Source: Mytilus californianus (Eukaryota). Taken from it: a DNA stretch of 64,000 nt. Shown in pieces: positions 13,964 through 28,077 of the stretch. The notes under the pieces are model-generated. The model saw only the letters and a program-made list of their open reading frames with translations. It had not been told where the DNA came from and did no database searches. Position 1 is the stretch's first letter; every line of letters starts with the position of its first letter. The translations under genes and the position numbers were made by a program. The stretch lies in the NCBI RefSeq assembly GCF_021869535.1, contig NW_026262690.1:64232001-64296000 (forward strand), in the 5' to 3' direction.

Positions 13964-16100
13964 TTAATGCAGCAAATATACTGTCATATACTGTCATCTT
14001 TGCACAGTAACTTGAGGATAAGACTTTTGGTAAATTAAGATAAACTTTCGTCATTCAATCAACTAGGAGTTTCTCAAGGCTGAAATTAACCTCCTAATAC
14101 GAACAAAATAAACAGTAAACAACAAAAAGTATATGTTGATTATATTTATTTATGCATTTACTGTGAACATATGTATTTAGTATTTCATTTCATTTGCCAC
14201 ATATTTTGTCCTGTGATTAGATAGATTGTTTAATGAGGAACGACATATCACAGATAATGATATGTAGTGATACATTCTTCCTTTCTCTGATTCGGAGTCG
14301 TTTCCACATTTGATATTCCAAATCCTTATGTGTCCAATCAACTATTTAGCTGCAAAGGAAGAATATTTTTAACCCTTACCTGTTGTGTTTAGTCCTTTAT
14401 CAATTTTTGTAATGTTGTCCAGAAGAACCATTTTCGCTTATATTCAGTATGTCAATGTCATTGCAAATAAACAAATACATAAAACCAGAATATACATTAT
14501 GATCCAAGTTCATCTTCGATTGAAATACTAACCAAATGCAGCTTTAAAGGATGACATAGATTTCCTGTTTTCATTAAATTGGCTATGACCGTTCCAAAAA
14601 GGTACACAATCCACTTGAACCTATATTTAGAGCCTATTAACGCCAACCCGTCAGCAGTTAATGCAAAATAAAAGTAATCAAAAATTCAAAAAGAACTATA
14701 AAATCGAAAAAAAAAAATACTTGAATTTTACTGCAAGGAAATGCACCACATGAAAATTTAGATAACAGATATGAAAAATTAACAATTATTTTTCACGCAA
14801 TTGGTATATTTAAAACATTGACTACAATATGCAAATAAAGTCATAAAGCCATGTTGAAATCAGTGGATTAAACCCAATTGAAGAAAAAAATATATGTCTA
14901 CTGTATCACTTCTGCACTGTGAGTTTCCTTCTTTTTATATACGAATATTAACATTTTCGTTAGTTTTATATCCAAATCACCGAGCAATAAATTTGATGAA
15001 TTATATTTACATCTCCACATTCATTGTAGCATTTTTATTAGGCACAAAATACTTTTGGAAAACACTTGTTATACATACAAATGACTTCCGAACTACGTTC
15101 TTAGAGAAACTGTTTTTTGGAATAAAAAGGCAAAATGTTTAAAGCTTTATATATAGAGGAAATCAAGTTCAATTACATGTAAATATCACAAAATGCCCTA
15201 ATCTTGACAATATTACCAACTGGACGCCTCATGTTACTCCCAATGTAATATCTCTTTTGGGAATATGTTTCTTTGTTCAAAATCAAAACAATCCATTTGA
15301 TATCTTTCTGTGTGCCTGATACGATCAAAAGCAAGTTTACAATGAAAAGATACCCACTCGATGATTGGAGTGTACGCAAAAATGTGTATTCACTATAGTA
15401 AGGGAGTAATTATTTTTGAACATATGAATTGTTTATAAAAAAAATTTCATCTGTTGCTTGGGCATTTTTGTCTAGAGTTTGAATATTTAAGATTATATTC
15501 TAGATTCAAAGGCTTCCTGATATATGTGGCATTTGACAATATAATCTTCGTAACTATTTAAAGTGGCAATAAAGAGTCTTTGTCGTACTCATTAAATGTA
15601 AAATTATCTTCTGTTGATTACTTTTTCAAATCGTGAATGTGCAATAGATTATAAGGAAGACAGTTAAGGATCTGATGAAAATGAAATATAAAAATATTTA
15701 TTAGAACATCTTCAAGTAATAGTTTTTTCCTGATTTGAAAGGGTTTTCACTTTCGACAATATATTGTGATTCTAAATAAAAGCATACGGCATGTGAAGAC
15801 CTATCTTTTGATACATATAATTATAAAGTCATGAATTGTCAAAAATCTGTTATATTTTTCAAACTACATAATAAAATAGTATCCAGTTTTGTGTTTCCCT
15901 TTTTCCTTAATGCATTGCGTACTGGTAATGTACAATGTTTTACTGCATCGAGTTTACTAACTATCAAATATCAAAACAAAGAAAAATAGAAAACATCATA
16001 ATATTCAATTACATGAAGTTAACAAAGAATTGTTTCCTTTTAGCTAAAATGCGAGAGAAAAAAATCTAAAAATAAAACAACAAAAAAGTTTCATATTTCA

Positions 16101-16254
16101 GCCACAAACAGCGAGAGAGTTATCTAGGTTGAAACACTTGGGGGTATATTTGATCACACAGGGTTGCCAATTATAAACAATGGAATCTTCACTTAGTAGG
16201 AGATCTTTATTATCAATGGAATTACCCAGGCAAACGACTCGGGATCTATAAAAG
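16101..16254 (+). promoter_or_regulatory. g2 core promoter (TATAAAAG at 16247)
   Basis: TATA box 89 nt before the ATG, with GCCACA, TTGGGGGT, AAACAATGG and TAGGAGAT motifs conserved among paralogues. Confidence 0.65.
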
Positions 16255-16335
16255 GGCTGGAGATTTTACATTTGGCATAACACTTTTCTACTTACTTATC
16301 AAACATTCAAAGTTTTTAAAAAGAAATTGGAAAGC

Positions 16336-17054
16336 ATGGTTTGCTACGAGAACACTGTTTCCTGTGCCGTTGTTGGTGATGGAATGATTGGCAAGACATG
16401 CCTTGCTAAAAGATTTGCCGGAAGCCAATTCTCAGACAAGTATGTTGCTACAGTTGCAGAAACATCCACTGGATCTGTGTCTGCTTACGGTGACAAATAC
16501 AGCGTCAATATCTATGAGGTAAATATCTATTTTTTTATAAAAAAAAGTATTTGTAATTAGTTAATAATGAATAAAATGAAATATATTTAATGAGAAATTT
16601 AAAACCAATTTAAGCATTTTCATCAAACTAAATATCCACAATATTATCAAATTACTTATGATTTTTCTCTTTATCTTTTCAGCATGAAGATCAATCAGCA
16701 AGATCCAAAACAATTACAGAATCTGATGTCATTGTTGTATGCTACAGTGCAGTTGACAAAGAATCATTTGAAAACGTCAAATCTTTTTGGATTCCACTTG
16801 TCAGAAAGCTCAGTAAGAAGAAACCAATTGTTTTAGTTGCTACCCATAGTGACATGCGTGATGAAAATAATACCGACCATGTGTCAGACTCTGAAGGACA
16901 AAACTTTATGAAATCAATAAATGCTGACTATTACAACAAATGTTCTGCTGCTACAAATGAGGGAGTAAAGAATGTCTTCGAAAGTGTCGTCTTCGCCGCT
17001 ATTAGATATAGAAAAAAGAAAACCAATGTGCTGAAACGTGTTTTCGCACGATGA
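16336..17054 (+). CDS. g2: G3-less Rho-like GTPase paralogue (184 aa; exons 16336-16518, 16683-17054)
   Basis: Near-identical to g1 with an intact joined ORF and a GT-AG intron of 164 nt. P-loop is GDGMIGKT. Confidence 0.92.
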
Positions 17055-18487
17055 ACTTGAACTTATCTCTGCCCTGAGATAAACCTATATTTTACACATC
17101 TTGAAATGTGTTTAGAATAGCAAAAAACTTGCTGTAAAAAGACTTTGAGATAGAGAGTTGGAGATGGAATGTACCACTGGTGTACATTCCTAAGACGGAT
17201 TCAAATACCGCTGTCGCATAACAGTGATTGAGATGGAGAATAAGTAGTTCCGGTGATGTTCAAGGACACAAACTTACAAAAACAATATGAAATTAGTCAT
17301 GTTGATGAACTAAAAGAGAAAATAACTAATTTAGAGAAAAGACACAAACAATACTTGTATATTATTGTAAAAATAATAACAGTTATTACTCTAATTTATG
17401 TTGTAAAAATAAATTATATAACATGAAAAATATTTGTTCTGTTAACCATTTACTTATAATATATTGAAGAGATGACATGTAAAAGTTGATATAATCAGTA
17501 AACTTTTGATACAAATCATAGGAAATATAAAAATAAGAAGATGTGGTATGTTTGCCATTGAGACAGCTCTCCACAAGAGACCAAATGACAAAAAAATTAA
17601 CAACTATAGGTCATGGTACGGCCTTCAACAATCAGTAAAACACATACCACATAGTCAGCTATAAAAGGCCCCGTATACATTTTGAAACAAAATAACAATG
17701 TTACTGGGTAACACGTTTTAATTCAAAAGAAAATAAGAAAATCATTGGATACATCAAATCGATAAAGGAGAGACATCATCAAGAATACTCATAAAAAAGA
17801 CGAAGAGACAGGCAAAAGTACACAAAAAAAAAAAAACTACAGATTAAAATAAAGGTTATGAGGTGATGGTAAACGTTTGTGCTCCAAATGGCAAAGCAAT
17901 TCCTGTCAATATCCACTAGTTTTTTTTATAATGCTCGAATTAATGCACACTTTCAACACAAGTTTTAAATTCATTTAAATTTTTTCAACACCTATATCTG
18001 TTCATGTATTAGGCATAACAAAGAGATAAAAGATGCAAAGCGGAAATTAAAAACGCATAAGCGGATGAAAACTGACAACGTCATGGCAAAAACTAACAAA
18101 TGACAAATAGACAAACAACAAATCAAACCATTACATAGAAAACTAAAGAGTGAGCAACACTAACCCCGCCAAAAACTGGGGGTAATCTCGAGTTATGTTT
18201 ATCCGACTTATATCAGTCCTTCATCTGTCTGTGCCTACCTGGTTCTAGGGATACTTCTAATGACATTGGTTTACTTTTAATTTATCTTACGTTTGTGAAG
18301 TCAAATATAAGTGATTGTGCTCATTCAAAATCATGAAATCTTTATTGTGGACAAAATCTCCTTAAAAGCGAAAACATTTTGATATGAATTAATAAGTATG
18401 TGCCCTTTTGAAATGGAAAATTCGATGTTTGGGAAGCTGAAATCAACATGTTTTGTCTCTAAATGTAAACGAAAGAAATGAAAAAAC

Positions 18488-18827
18488 CGCATGCCTTTTA
18501 CAGAATTTAAGTTGATCTCTTGTTTCTTCTATTGTTTCACCAATATCTCCTGCAAAATGACTAATCTACTGTTTGTACATTCGCATGTATGTGATCGTAT
18601 TAGTCCCCTTGAGTTCTACCTATTTGACCATTTCACTGCTTGTGGTTGGTAAATTGATATTAATTTTTTTCATTCCATTTTTAGTTGGTATAGTTGACAC
18701 TTTTGTTTACTTTAAATATCATATATTCAAACTGTTTACAAACTTAAGCGGTAGTACAAGTATTGACAAACAAATCAAAATTCTCTCTTTTTTTAACTAA
18801 CTACTAGATACTAGTTATTTCTGTTTA
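18488..18827 (-). promoter_or_regulatory. Orphan inverted copy of the g5 promoter (TATA mutated to TGTAAAAG)
   Basis: Colinear with 37127-37460. Confidence 0.75.
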
Positions 18828-20280
18828 ACCATGTTTATTTAAAGATAGGTTGTATAAAATGTGTTAAATATATGTTAACACAATCAAATCCACAAAGTAA
18901 AGACAGATCCGAGAAACAAAAATAATCCTTATGAAGATATTCATAGTAAGCTATCATAATTTTTATATATCAGTTTTAACAGTAATTATAAGAAAAAATG
19001 GGAATGAAAATAAAAGAAAAAAGCAGGTGTATAGCAATAACAAACCATATTTCTTTAGAAAATACCAGATCAAACGGCAGTTCAGAAAGCACAGATAAAC
19101 CAACGATTTATCATCATTTACAATATCAAAGCCCAAGGTTAAACTCAGTTCCTACTTCACTAATGGCACATGTTGTGTTGCTCAAGATAGGTCATTATAA
19201 GTCATAAATGCTGGAAAGAATATGGAATCACGACTACGAAAAATAAATTATGTCTGGCGTCAACAATGGACTCTTATTTATAAGCAGCAAAAAACATTCT
19301 ATCAATGAAATCTTAAGACTCTTATTTTTAAGCAGCAAAAACCTTCTATCAATGAAATCTTAAGCTTTTTTGTTGTTTTTTTTTTGGGGGGGGACCCAAG
19401 CCATTTAACTAAAATTCTCCATGCAGTTACTGCTATGTTGCTATTTAAAGATGAAAAGATTCTACGGGGAAAATGTCTTTCTTTGTCAATAAGGTTTGTT
19501 CAAGGTCAATGACTCCATGTGAAAGTCAGGAAATGATGCCGACTTTCGTCATCGGTGGTACTTTAAATTCTTAGTTCAATTACGATATAGAAGAACTTCG
19601 ATGATAATGTTATCTTCTTTTCAGTTATCATGAAAAGACCCTGTATGGAGTAAGCCTCAACAAAACGGAAAGGAAAGGAGTAAAGATAATTCTAATAGGA
19701 ATTTCGATTCCCGTTTAAAAACACGTTGGTCAAAAGAATAAATGTATATGTCAAAACATTATATATACTGTCATCATTTTCCATGTTTCTCAACTTCTTT
19801 CTTCTATCTTGAAAAGCAGCACAGTGGACTGTTCTGTAAATTAACCGACAATATCCTTTTCCGTTTTGTGAAATTTCTTACTGAGTCTGGATTTGCATGC
19901 CACATGTGTCCTGCATAGCAGAAGATCCTTAGCGTGTAAACGCATTGGTCTCGTTTAATTTTGTAATTCATTTGATACTCTAAAATGTTTTTTTTTTTTA
20001 ATCTTAATTTTTGCATTCAAAATGGATTTACGCGTTTTGATCACCAGTAAACTACTGCTGCTACCTTTCCTTATAACTTTAACTATGACGAAAACGCGTA
20101 ACATCTAGTAGGCTAGAAAAGAGTCCATATATATAACAAAATGTGACACATTTCAAAGGAAATAAATAACGGCACGATGTTATGTAACGTAGTTTAAACT
20201 GTACGAAATTCATTAAAAATGGGAAGGGATGATTATGTAGGGCCAGCATTAATAAAACAGCAACCAAAATTCAGACATAA

Positions 20281-20484
20281 TAGACGTATTTACACTTGTA
20301 TGCAAACTTGTCCGCCATTACGTAAAATCACACAGGTTCCCGTAAACTTTGACATCATAATTCAAAACATTTGACGTCACAATTAAAAACTGATTGTTGT
20401 CTGACGTCAAAGGGTGATTCGGAATAGATCTAAGGTCATTCGGAGACAAAATATAGCTAAATACCAAAAGTGTAAATACGTTTA
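20281..20484. mobile_element. 204-bp MITE with 17-bp TIRs, only in the g3 unit
   Basis: TAGACGTATTTACACTT ... AAGTGTAAATACGTTTA (16/17 match), with TA at both ends. The empty site is at ~13070 in the g2 unit. Confidence 0.8.
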
Positions 20485-20694
20485 TAGACATCTGGAGGTC
20501 ACCCCAACGCCTTCGATGTCAAAGTCAAACCACTAAGCTCTTTCTGTTTAGCCTCTTTAGCAAATAATGTCCAGCAGATAAAATTGAACAACCCGTAATC
20601 ATGGGGCAATAAACCAAAAAAGCCAAAAAGAGCCTATGGTCATTCAATCAACTAGGAATTTCTCAAGGCTAACACTAACCTTCTAATACGAACA

Positions 20695-23400
20695 CGTTAT
20701 CTATTATAAAAAAATAATGGTAGACATCAAGTACTATGCAAACTGGGTCATATACCAATAAGTAGATTATATGCTATTTTTCAGGAGTGTGATAAAATTT
20801 CATTTTTTAGCCCGTTGTATGAATACATCCGTATTATTACAGCCTTTTGTCATCACAGGCTGTTTCCTATTATCGATGAACCTGAAAATCATAAAAGGCA
20901 TTTTCTTAAATTAAAATATATAAATAGAGGTATTGATTTTATTTACTTATCTAGTATATTCAATGACTCTACCATCTATAGCCAAATACCTCCATATTTT
21001 GATAAGACAGAACCACCTATTATTTCGTATTCTTATAAAAAAAACCAGCAGAAGTTTGATTTTTAATCATACGTCAGTTACATCAGACGTCAATATAGAA
21101 TATAATGCTCCTTCCACTTGAGACTGTGAAACATCTAGTTTTAGATATGTTCCCTATGGTCATGTCATTCCAGGAGACCCCAACATCGCCGAAGACCGTT
21201 ATGTTAAAACTTTTCTTAAGAAAGGACCTAAATATCGTCCTCCATCTATAATAGATTGGAAACATTGTCGTCAGATCATTAAAGACGCTTTGTCTGCCTA
21301 CTGTAAAAATTGGTGTAAAAGTCTAAAATCTGATAAAAAATCTCTAGACAGTTATTTGAATAACATTATGAAAACTGTTGATATTCGTATATCTCATTTT
21401 GAAAACAATTCTGAAATTAATAGTAGTGTCAATGATATACCCATTTCTAGAATAAAAAATAAACTCCGAGTACTCGCAAAGCGGTTTGTGTTCGTACCGC
21501 AGACAAGGCAGCCAATACTATACGGAAGTTCTCCAAAACGAAATTATCAATTCGTCTACATTCAGTTCCGAACGCTCCACAGAGAGTCAAATTGTAAACA
21601 AGCATATCACTGCCACTACCCAGCTTAAAGCCTTTTCCGAGAATTTGAAAGTCCCGACTATGTACTGGTTACCTAAATTACACAAACAACCATTTGAATT
21701 CCGTTTCATCTCCGCATCTAGTAAGTGTTCTACTACTAATCTGTCAGTGCTTCTAACTACCTCCCTTACTACTATCAAAGAACTTGTAATTAACTTTCAT
21801 AAAGCTTATCAAAATAATGGTATTAATTATTTTTGGAGTGTTAAAAATTCCTTAGAGGTTTTGGATAAAATACGTGTTTTATGGTCCTTTTAATTCTGTT
21901 AACAGTTATGATTGTTCTACTCTCTACACTACACTTTAATATAATCTTATCAAGAAATAATTTTAATATTCAATTAAATGGTCTTTTGAAAAATCTCATT
22001 ACAAATTTATTTGCTGTAACTCGTTTAAAGCCTTTTTCTGTAACGAAAAAGGAAAGTATGCTAGATACAATTACTGGAAATGTGAAGATATGATTGAAGC
22101 TTTAAATTTTCTCCTGGACAACATATATGTACATTTCGGCGATAAAGTGTATCGACAGGTAGTAGGTATTCCTATGGGCACTAACTGAGCCCCTTTAATA
22201 ACAGATTTATTCCTTATTGCTATGAATCTCAGTTTATGACCGAACTCAGTAAAGACACGTCATTGTTACATTTGGTTGATACATTCAACAATACCTACCG
22301 TTATCTTGATGATATTTTTTCGTTAAATAATCCAGAGTTCTCTAAATATACTACCGAAATTTACCCAAAGGAACTTACTTTAAATAAATCTAACATAAAC
22401 AGCAGTAGTTGTCCTTTTCTAGATTTAGACATTTCAATTTCTAAAGGGAAAATCCATACTAAAATTTACGACAAAAGAGACGATTTTTCTTTCCCTATTG
22501 TTAATTTTCCTTTTTTAGACGGCGATGTTCCTTTGGCTCCATCATACGGTGTTTATATATCCCAACTCGTTCGTTATGCCCATGTGTGTAGCGTTGTCAT
22601 AGATTTTAACGAACGTAATCAATACATCACTGGTGAATTATTAAGTCAGGTATTTCGTTACCATAAATTACATTAAACTTTTTCTAGATTCTTTCATAGA
22701 TATTTAAGTAAATTTGGCTGTACCTGTAGAAAACTTATTAAAAACAGAATTTCACATCCTAAATTTTACGGTAATATTGTACTAAAAGCGCGGAAAACAC
22801 TATGTGATCCGTGTAAACTCATCGAACTTTTAAACAAACTCATACCGCATCTTCTTATATCTATTTTTAGTAAAGGTTATCTTACCAATGTTGTAATAAG
22901 ATCTTTGAATTCCTGGGATGTGTTTTAGTTGATTTTAGTCTATGATGCATGATTTTTTATTATTAATTGTTTTTGGCTTTTAACTAGCTTTCAGTAACTG
23001 CGAGTACTCTCAAATCGTACTTCCGTGTTAATTTGACCTGTTTATACAATTTGTAATGCATTTTTGTTATTTAATGTTTACTTATCTAGTGTTATATCTC
23101 GTCTCACTATTTTTAATATTTTCCACCTTTGATAAGTGTTTGGTATGACGCTAAATTTTCACTTCTGTTCTCGTACTTTGAACAACAAAATTATTTATTT
23201 TGTAAAAAATATTTCCGTACTCCATGTATACCTTACAACAAAATTATTTTTATTTACCTGTGTACGTCATTTTATTTGGTGGCATTTTGTCCAAGGTTAT
23301 GGTTGTCTTTCTGATATTGTTTTACATCTAACCTCCTTGTTTTATTAATTTTGTATTTACATTGTGTCATAGATCAAATTTATTCGTTCAGTGTATGTTC
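20695..23400 (+). mobile_element. Decayed, 5'-truncated Naiad-type Penelope-like retroelement
   Basis: Fragments include a CxC-linker region (PST*DCETS..GHVIPGD..KGPKYRP), MYWLPKLHK, GIPMGTN*AP, YRYLDDIF, PFLDLDI, YDKRDDF, YGVYISQLVRY and a C-terminal ISHPKFYG. It has multiple frameshifts and TAA stops. The empty site is at ~14104 in the g2 unit. The 3' boundary is approximate. Confidence 0.85.
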
Positions 23401-23429
23401 ACTTGTTTTTGTTAATATGTCTTTTGATT

Positions 23430-23838
23430 GAGGTAAGCCATTTCAGTTAATATTTTATAGTGTGTCTTTCTATGGTGTGATGTTACACTATTGTTTCAGG
23501 TTAGGGCGAAGGTGGGCGCTTATTAAAACGTTTAAACCCGCTGCATTTTTTTTGCACCTGTCCTAAGTCAGGAACCTGTTGTTCAGTGATTGTCGTTTGT
23601 TGATGTGTTCATAAGTGTTTCTCGTTTCTCGTTTTTTATATAGATTAGACCGTTGGTTTTCCTGTTTGAATGGTTTTATACTAGTCATTTTTGGGGCCCT
23701 TTATAGCTTGCTGTTCGGTGTGAGCCAAGGCTCCGTGTTGAAGGCCGTACTTTGATCTATAATGGTTTACTTTTACAAATTGTGACTTGGATGGAGAGTT
23801 GTCTCATTGGCACTCATACCACATCTTCTTATATCTAC
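23430..23838 (-). repeat. Long copy of dispersed repeat family A abutting the Naiad
   Basis: CCTGTCCTAAGTCAGGAACCTG..GGAGAGTTGTCTCATTGGCACTCATACCACATCTTCTT. Similar sequence occurs at ~55200-55350 and 62440-63085. Confidence 0.75.
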
Positions 23839-25880
23839 AAATAAACAGCAAAACAGCAAAAAGTATATGTTGGTTATATTTATTTATGCATTTACTGTGA
23901 AAATATGTTTTTAGTATTTCAGTTCATTTGCCACATATTTAATTTCTCCAGTGATTGGATTAATTGTTCAATGAGGAACGACATATCACAGATAATGATA
24001 TGTACTAGTATTGATAAATTCTTCCTTTCTCTGATTCTGAATCGTTTCCACAATTGATATTCCAATCCTAATGTGTCTAATCGACTAATTTGGCGGCAAA
24101 GGAAGAATATTTTAACCCTTACCTGTTGTGTTTAGTCCTTTATCAATTTTTGTAATGTTGTCCAGAATAACCATTTTGCTTATATTCAGTATGTCATTAT
24201 CATTGGAAATAAACAAAATACATAAAGCCAGAATATACATTAAGGTCCAAGTTCATTTCGATTGAAATACTAACCAATTGCAGCTTCAAAGGATGACATT
24301 GAATTTCCTGTTTTCATTAAATCGGCAATGACCGTTCCAAAAAAGGTACACAATCCACTTGAAACTATATTTAGAGCCTATTAACATCAACCCGTCAGCA
24401 GTTAATGTAAAATAAAACCTACTATAAATTCAAATAAACTATAATTCGAAAAAAATATTTGAATTTTACTGCAAGCAAATGAACCGCATGACAACATAGA
24501 TAACAGATATGAGAAATTGAAAATTATTTTCACGCAATTATATATTTAAAACATTGTCTACAATAAGCAAATAAAGTCATAAAGTCATGTTTAAATCAAT
24601 GGATAAAACCCAATCGAAGAAAAAAAAATATATGTCTACTGTATCACTTCTTCACTGCAAGGTTCCTTATTTTAATATTCGAATTTTAACATTTTCGTTA
24701 GTTTTATATCCAAATCATCGAGGAATAAATTTGATGAATTTATATTTACATCTCCACATTCATTGTAGCATTTTTATTAAGCACAATAGACTTTTGGAAA
24801 TACACTTGTTAATCCAAATAATGACATACAAATGTCTTCCGAACTACGTTCTTAGAAAAACTGTTTTTTTGGAATAAAAAGGCAAAATGTTTAAAGCTTT
24901 TTATATAGAAGAAATCAAGTTTCAGTACATGTAAATATCACAATATACCCCTTATCTTGACAATATTACCACCTGGACGCCTCATGTTACTCCCATTGTA
25001 ATATCTCTGTAGGAAATATGTTTCTTTGTTCAAAGTCAAAACAATACATTTGATAGCTTTCTGTGTGCCTGATACGATCAAAAGTAAGATTACAAAGAGA
25101 AGATACCCACTCGAAGATTACAGTGTAAGCAACAATGTGTTTTCACTATAGTTAGGGAGTCATTATTTTTATATCATATGAATTGTTTATATAAAATATT
25201 TCATCTGTTGCTTGGGCATTTGTGGCCACAGTTCGAATATTCAAGATTATATTCTGTAGTCAAATGCTTCAAGATATATGTGGCATTTGACAATATAAAA
25301 AAATCTTCTAACTCGTAACTATTTCAGGTGGCAATAAAGAGACTTTGCCGTACTCATTAAATGTGAAATTATCTTCTGTTTATTACTTTTTCAAATCGTG
25401 AATGTGCAATAGATTATAAGGAAGACAGTTAAGGATCTAGTGAAAATGAAGTATAAAAATATTTAATAAAAACATCTTCAAGTAATAGTTTTTTCCTGGT
25501 TTGCAAGAGTTTTTAACTTTCGACAACATATTGTGATTCTGAATAAAAGCATGCGGCATGTGAAGACCCATCTTTTGATACATATAAAATCATGACTGTC
25601 AAATTTTAATTGTGAGTAATTAATCTGTTATATTTTTCAAACTACATTATAAAAGAGTATCTAGTTTTGTGTTTCCCTTTTTCCTTAATGCATTGCGTAC
25701 TGGCACAGTACAATGTTTTACTGCATCGGGTTTACAAACTATCAAATATCAAAACAAAGAAAAATAGAAAACATCATAATATTCAATTACATGAAGTTAA
25801 CAAAGAATTGTTTCCTTTTATCTAAAATGCGAGAGAAAAAAAAATCTAAAAATAAAACAATAAAAAAGTTTCATATTTCA

Positions 25881-26034
25881 GCCACAAACAGCGAGAGAGT
25901 TATCTAGGTTGAAACACTTGGGGGCATATTTGATCACACAGGGTTGCCAATTATAAACAATGGAATCTTCACTTAGTAGGAGATCTTTATTAACAATGGA
26001 TTTACCCAGGCAAACAACTCGGGATCTATAAATG
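25881..26034 (+). promoter_or_regulatory. g3 core promoter (TATAAAT at 26027)
   Basis: Homologous to the g2 promoter, with the TATA box 89 nt before the ATG. Confidence 0.65.
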
Positions 26035-26115
26035 GGCTGAAGATTTTACATTTGGCATAACACTTTTCTACTTACTTATCAAACGTTCAAAGATTTTAAA
26101 AAGAAATTTGAAAGA

Positions 26116-26833
26116 ATGGTTTGCTACGAGAACACTGTTTCCTGTGCCGTTGTTGGTGATGGAATGGTAGGCAAGACATGCCTTGCTAAAAGATTTGCTG
26201 GAAGCCAATTCTCAGACAAATATATTGCTACAGTTTCAGAAACATCAACTGGATCTGTATCTGCTTACGGTGACAAATACAGCGTCAATATTCATGAGGT
26301 AAATATCTTTTCATACAAAAAAAAGTTTTTGTAACTGATTAATTATAAATAGATTGATTTATATCAAATGATAAATTTGAAAACCAATTTGTGCTTTTTT
26401 ACCAAACTAAATATCAACAGTATTATCAAATTACTTATGATTTTTCTCTTTATCTTTTCAGCTTGAAGATCAATCAGCAAGATCCAAAACAATAACAGCA
26501 TCTGATGTCATAGTGGTATGCTACAGTGCAGTTGACAAAGAATCATTTGAAAACGTCAAATCTTTTTGGATTCCAATGGTCAGAAAACTCAATAAGAAGA
26601 AACCAATTGTTTTAGTCTCTACCCATAGTGACATGCGTGATGAAAATAATACCGACCATGTGTCAGACTCTGAAGGACAAAACTTTATGAAATCAATAAA
26701 TGCTGACTATTACAACAAATGTTCTGCTGCTACAAATGAGGGAGTAAAGAATGTCTTCGAAAGTGTCGTCTGCGCCGCTATTAGATATAGAAAAAAGAAA
26801 ACCAATGTGCTTAAACGTGTTTTCGCACGATGA
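26116..26833 (+). CDS. g3: G3-less Rho-like GTPase paralogue (184 aa; exons 26116-26298, 26462-26833)
   Basis: Intact joined ORF with a 163-nt GT-AG intron. The exon junction reads VNIHE|LEDQSAR. Confidence 0.92.
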
Positions 26834-28077
26834 ACTTGAACTTATCTCTGCCCTGAGATAAACATATACTAAACACATCTTGAACTGTGTTCAGAAAAGC
26901 TAAATAGCTGTAAAAAGACTTTGAGATAGAAGGAGTTGGAGATGGAATGTACCACTGGTGTACATTTCAAAGACGGGTTGGAATACTGCTGTCGCATTAC
27001 AGTGATTGAGATGGGAATAAATTGGTCCCGTGATGTTGAAGGACACAAACTTACAAAACAATATGAAATTAGTCATGATGATGAACTTAAAGAAAAAAAC
27101 TTATAAAATTATGGTGAAAAGACACAAACAATACTTTTATATTATTGTAAAATAATAACTGTTATAACTTAATATATATTATAAAAATAAATTATCTTTT
27201 ATGAAAAATTCTTGTTTTGTTACCTACAATACATTGAATGAATGACATGTAAAAAACAATGAAAAGTATGCATATTGAAACAAAATATCATTGTTACTGG
27301 GTAAAACTTTTCATTTGAAAGCAAAAAAGAACGTATCATTTGATAAAGGAGAGACAACATCACAAACTCTCAGAAGAAAATAAAAGCCGAAAAGACATGC
27401 AATAGACCACAAAAAAATAAAAAAAATATGCAGGTTATGGTAAACTTAGGTGTTCCCAATGATAAAGCTATTCCTAGGCATGATCCACTAGTTCTTTTAA
27501 TGTTTAATCTAATTATGCAGTACACTTTCAACATGAGATTGTTAATTATGCAACTATTTTTTAACATCTTTGTCAAATGTTCATGTATTAGAAAAAAAAA
27601 AGATCCAGAAAATACAAAAGGTACATTAAACTGTCATAAGTCGAGAAGAAACTGACAACGCCATGATAAAAAAAAAACCAAAACAAACGAGAAAAAGACA
27701 AATAAGTCAACAAATCACTACATAGAAAACTAAAAACTGAGCAAAATGATCCCCACCAAAAAGCGGGTGATCTCGGTTTATGTTTATTCGACTTATATCA
27801 GTCCTTCATCTTTCTGTGTACACCTGGTTCTTCGGATACTTTTATTGACATTAGTATACTTTCGTCTTATCTTTAAGTCAAATATTAGTGAATGTGCTCA
27901 TTCAAAATCATGAAATCTTTGTTGTGGACAAAATCTCTTTAGAAGCGATCAAAATTTAATTTTGACTGATAGCTATATGCCACTCCGAAATAGAAATTCG
28001 ATGTTTTGAAAACTTAAATCATAACGTTTTGTATCCAAATTTCAATGAAAAAATGTTTCATCTAAATTGCATTAAAA

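Noticed and set aside
13670-14038. ORFs 13670-14038, 13642-13902, 13158-13478 and 38418-38882
   Set aside because: They are incidental frames within or antisense to Penelope-like repeat sequence.
22929-23400. SECIS element downstream of the Naiad ORF
   Set aside because: The ATGA candidates near 22950 and 23145 lack the paired helix and apical AA geometry by eye.
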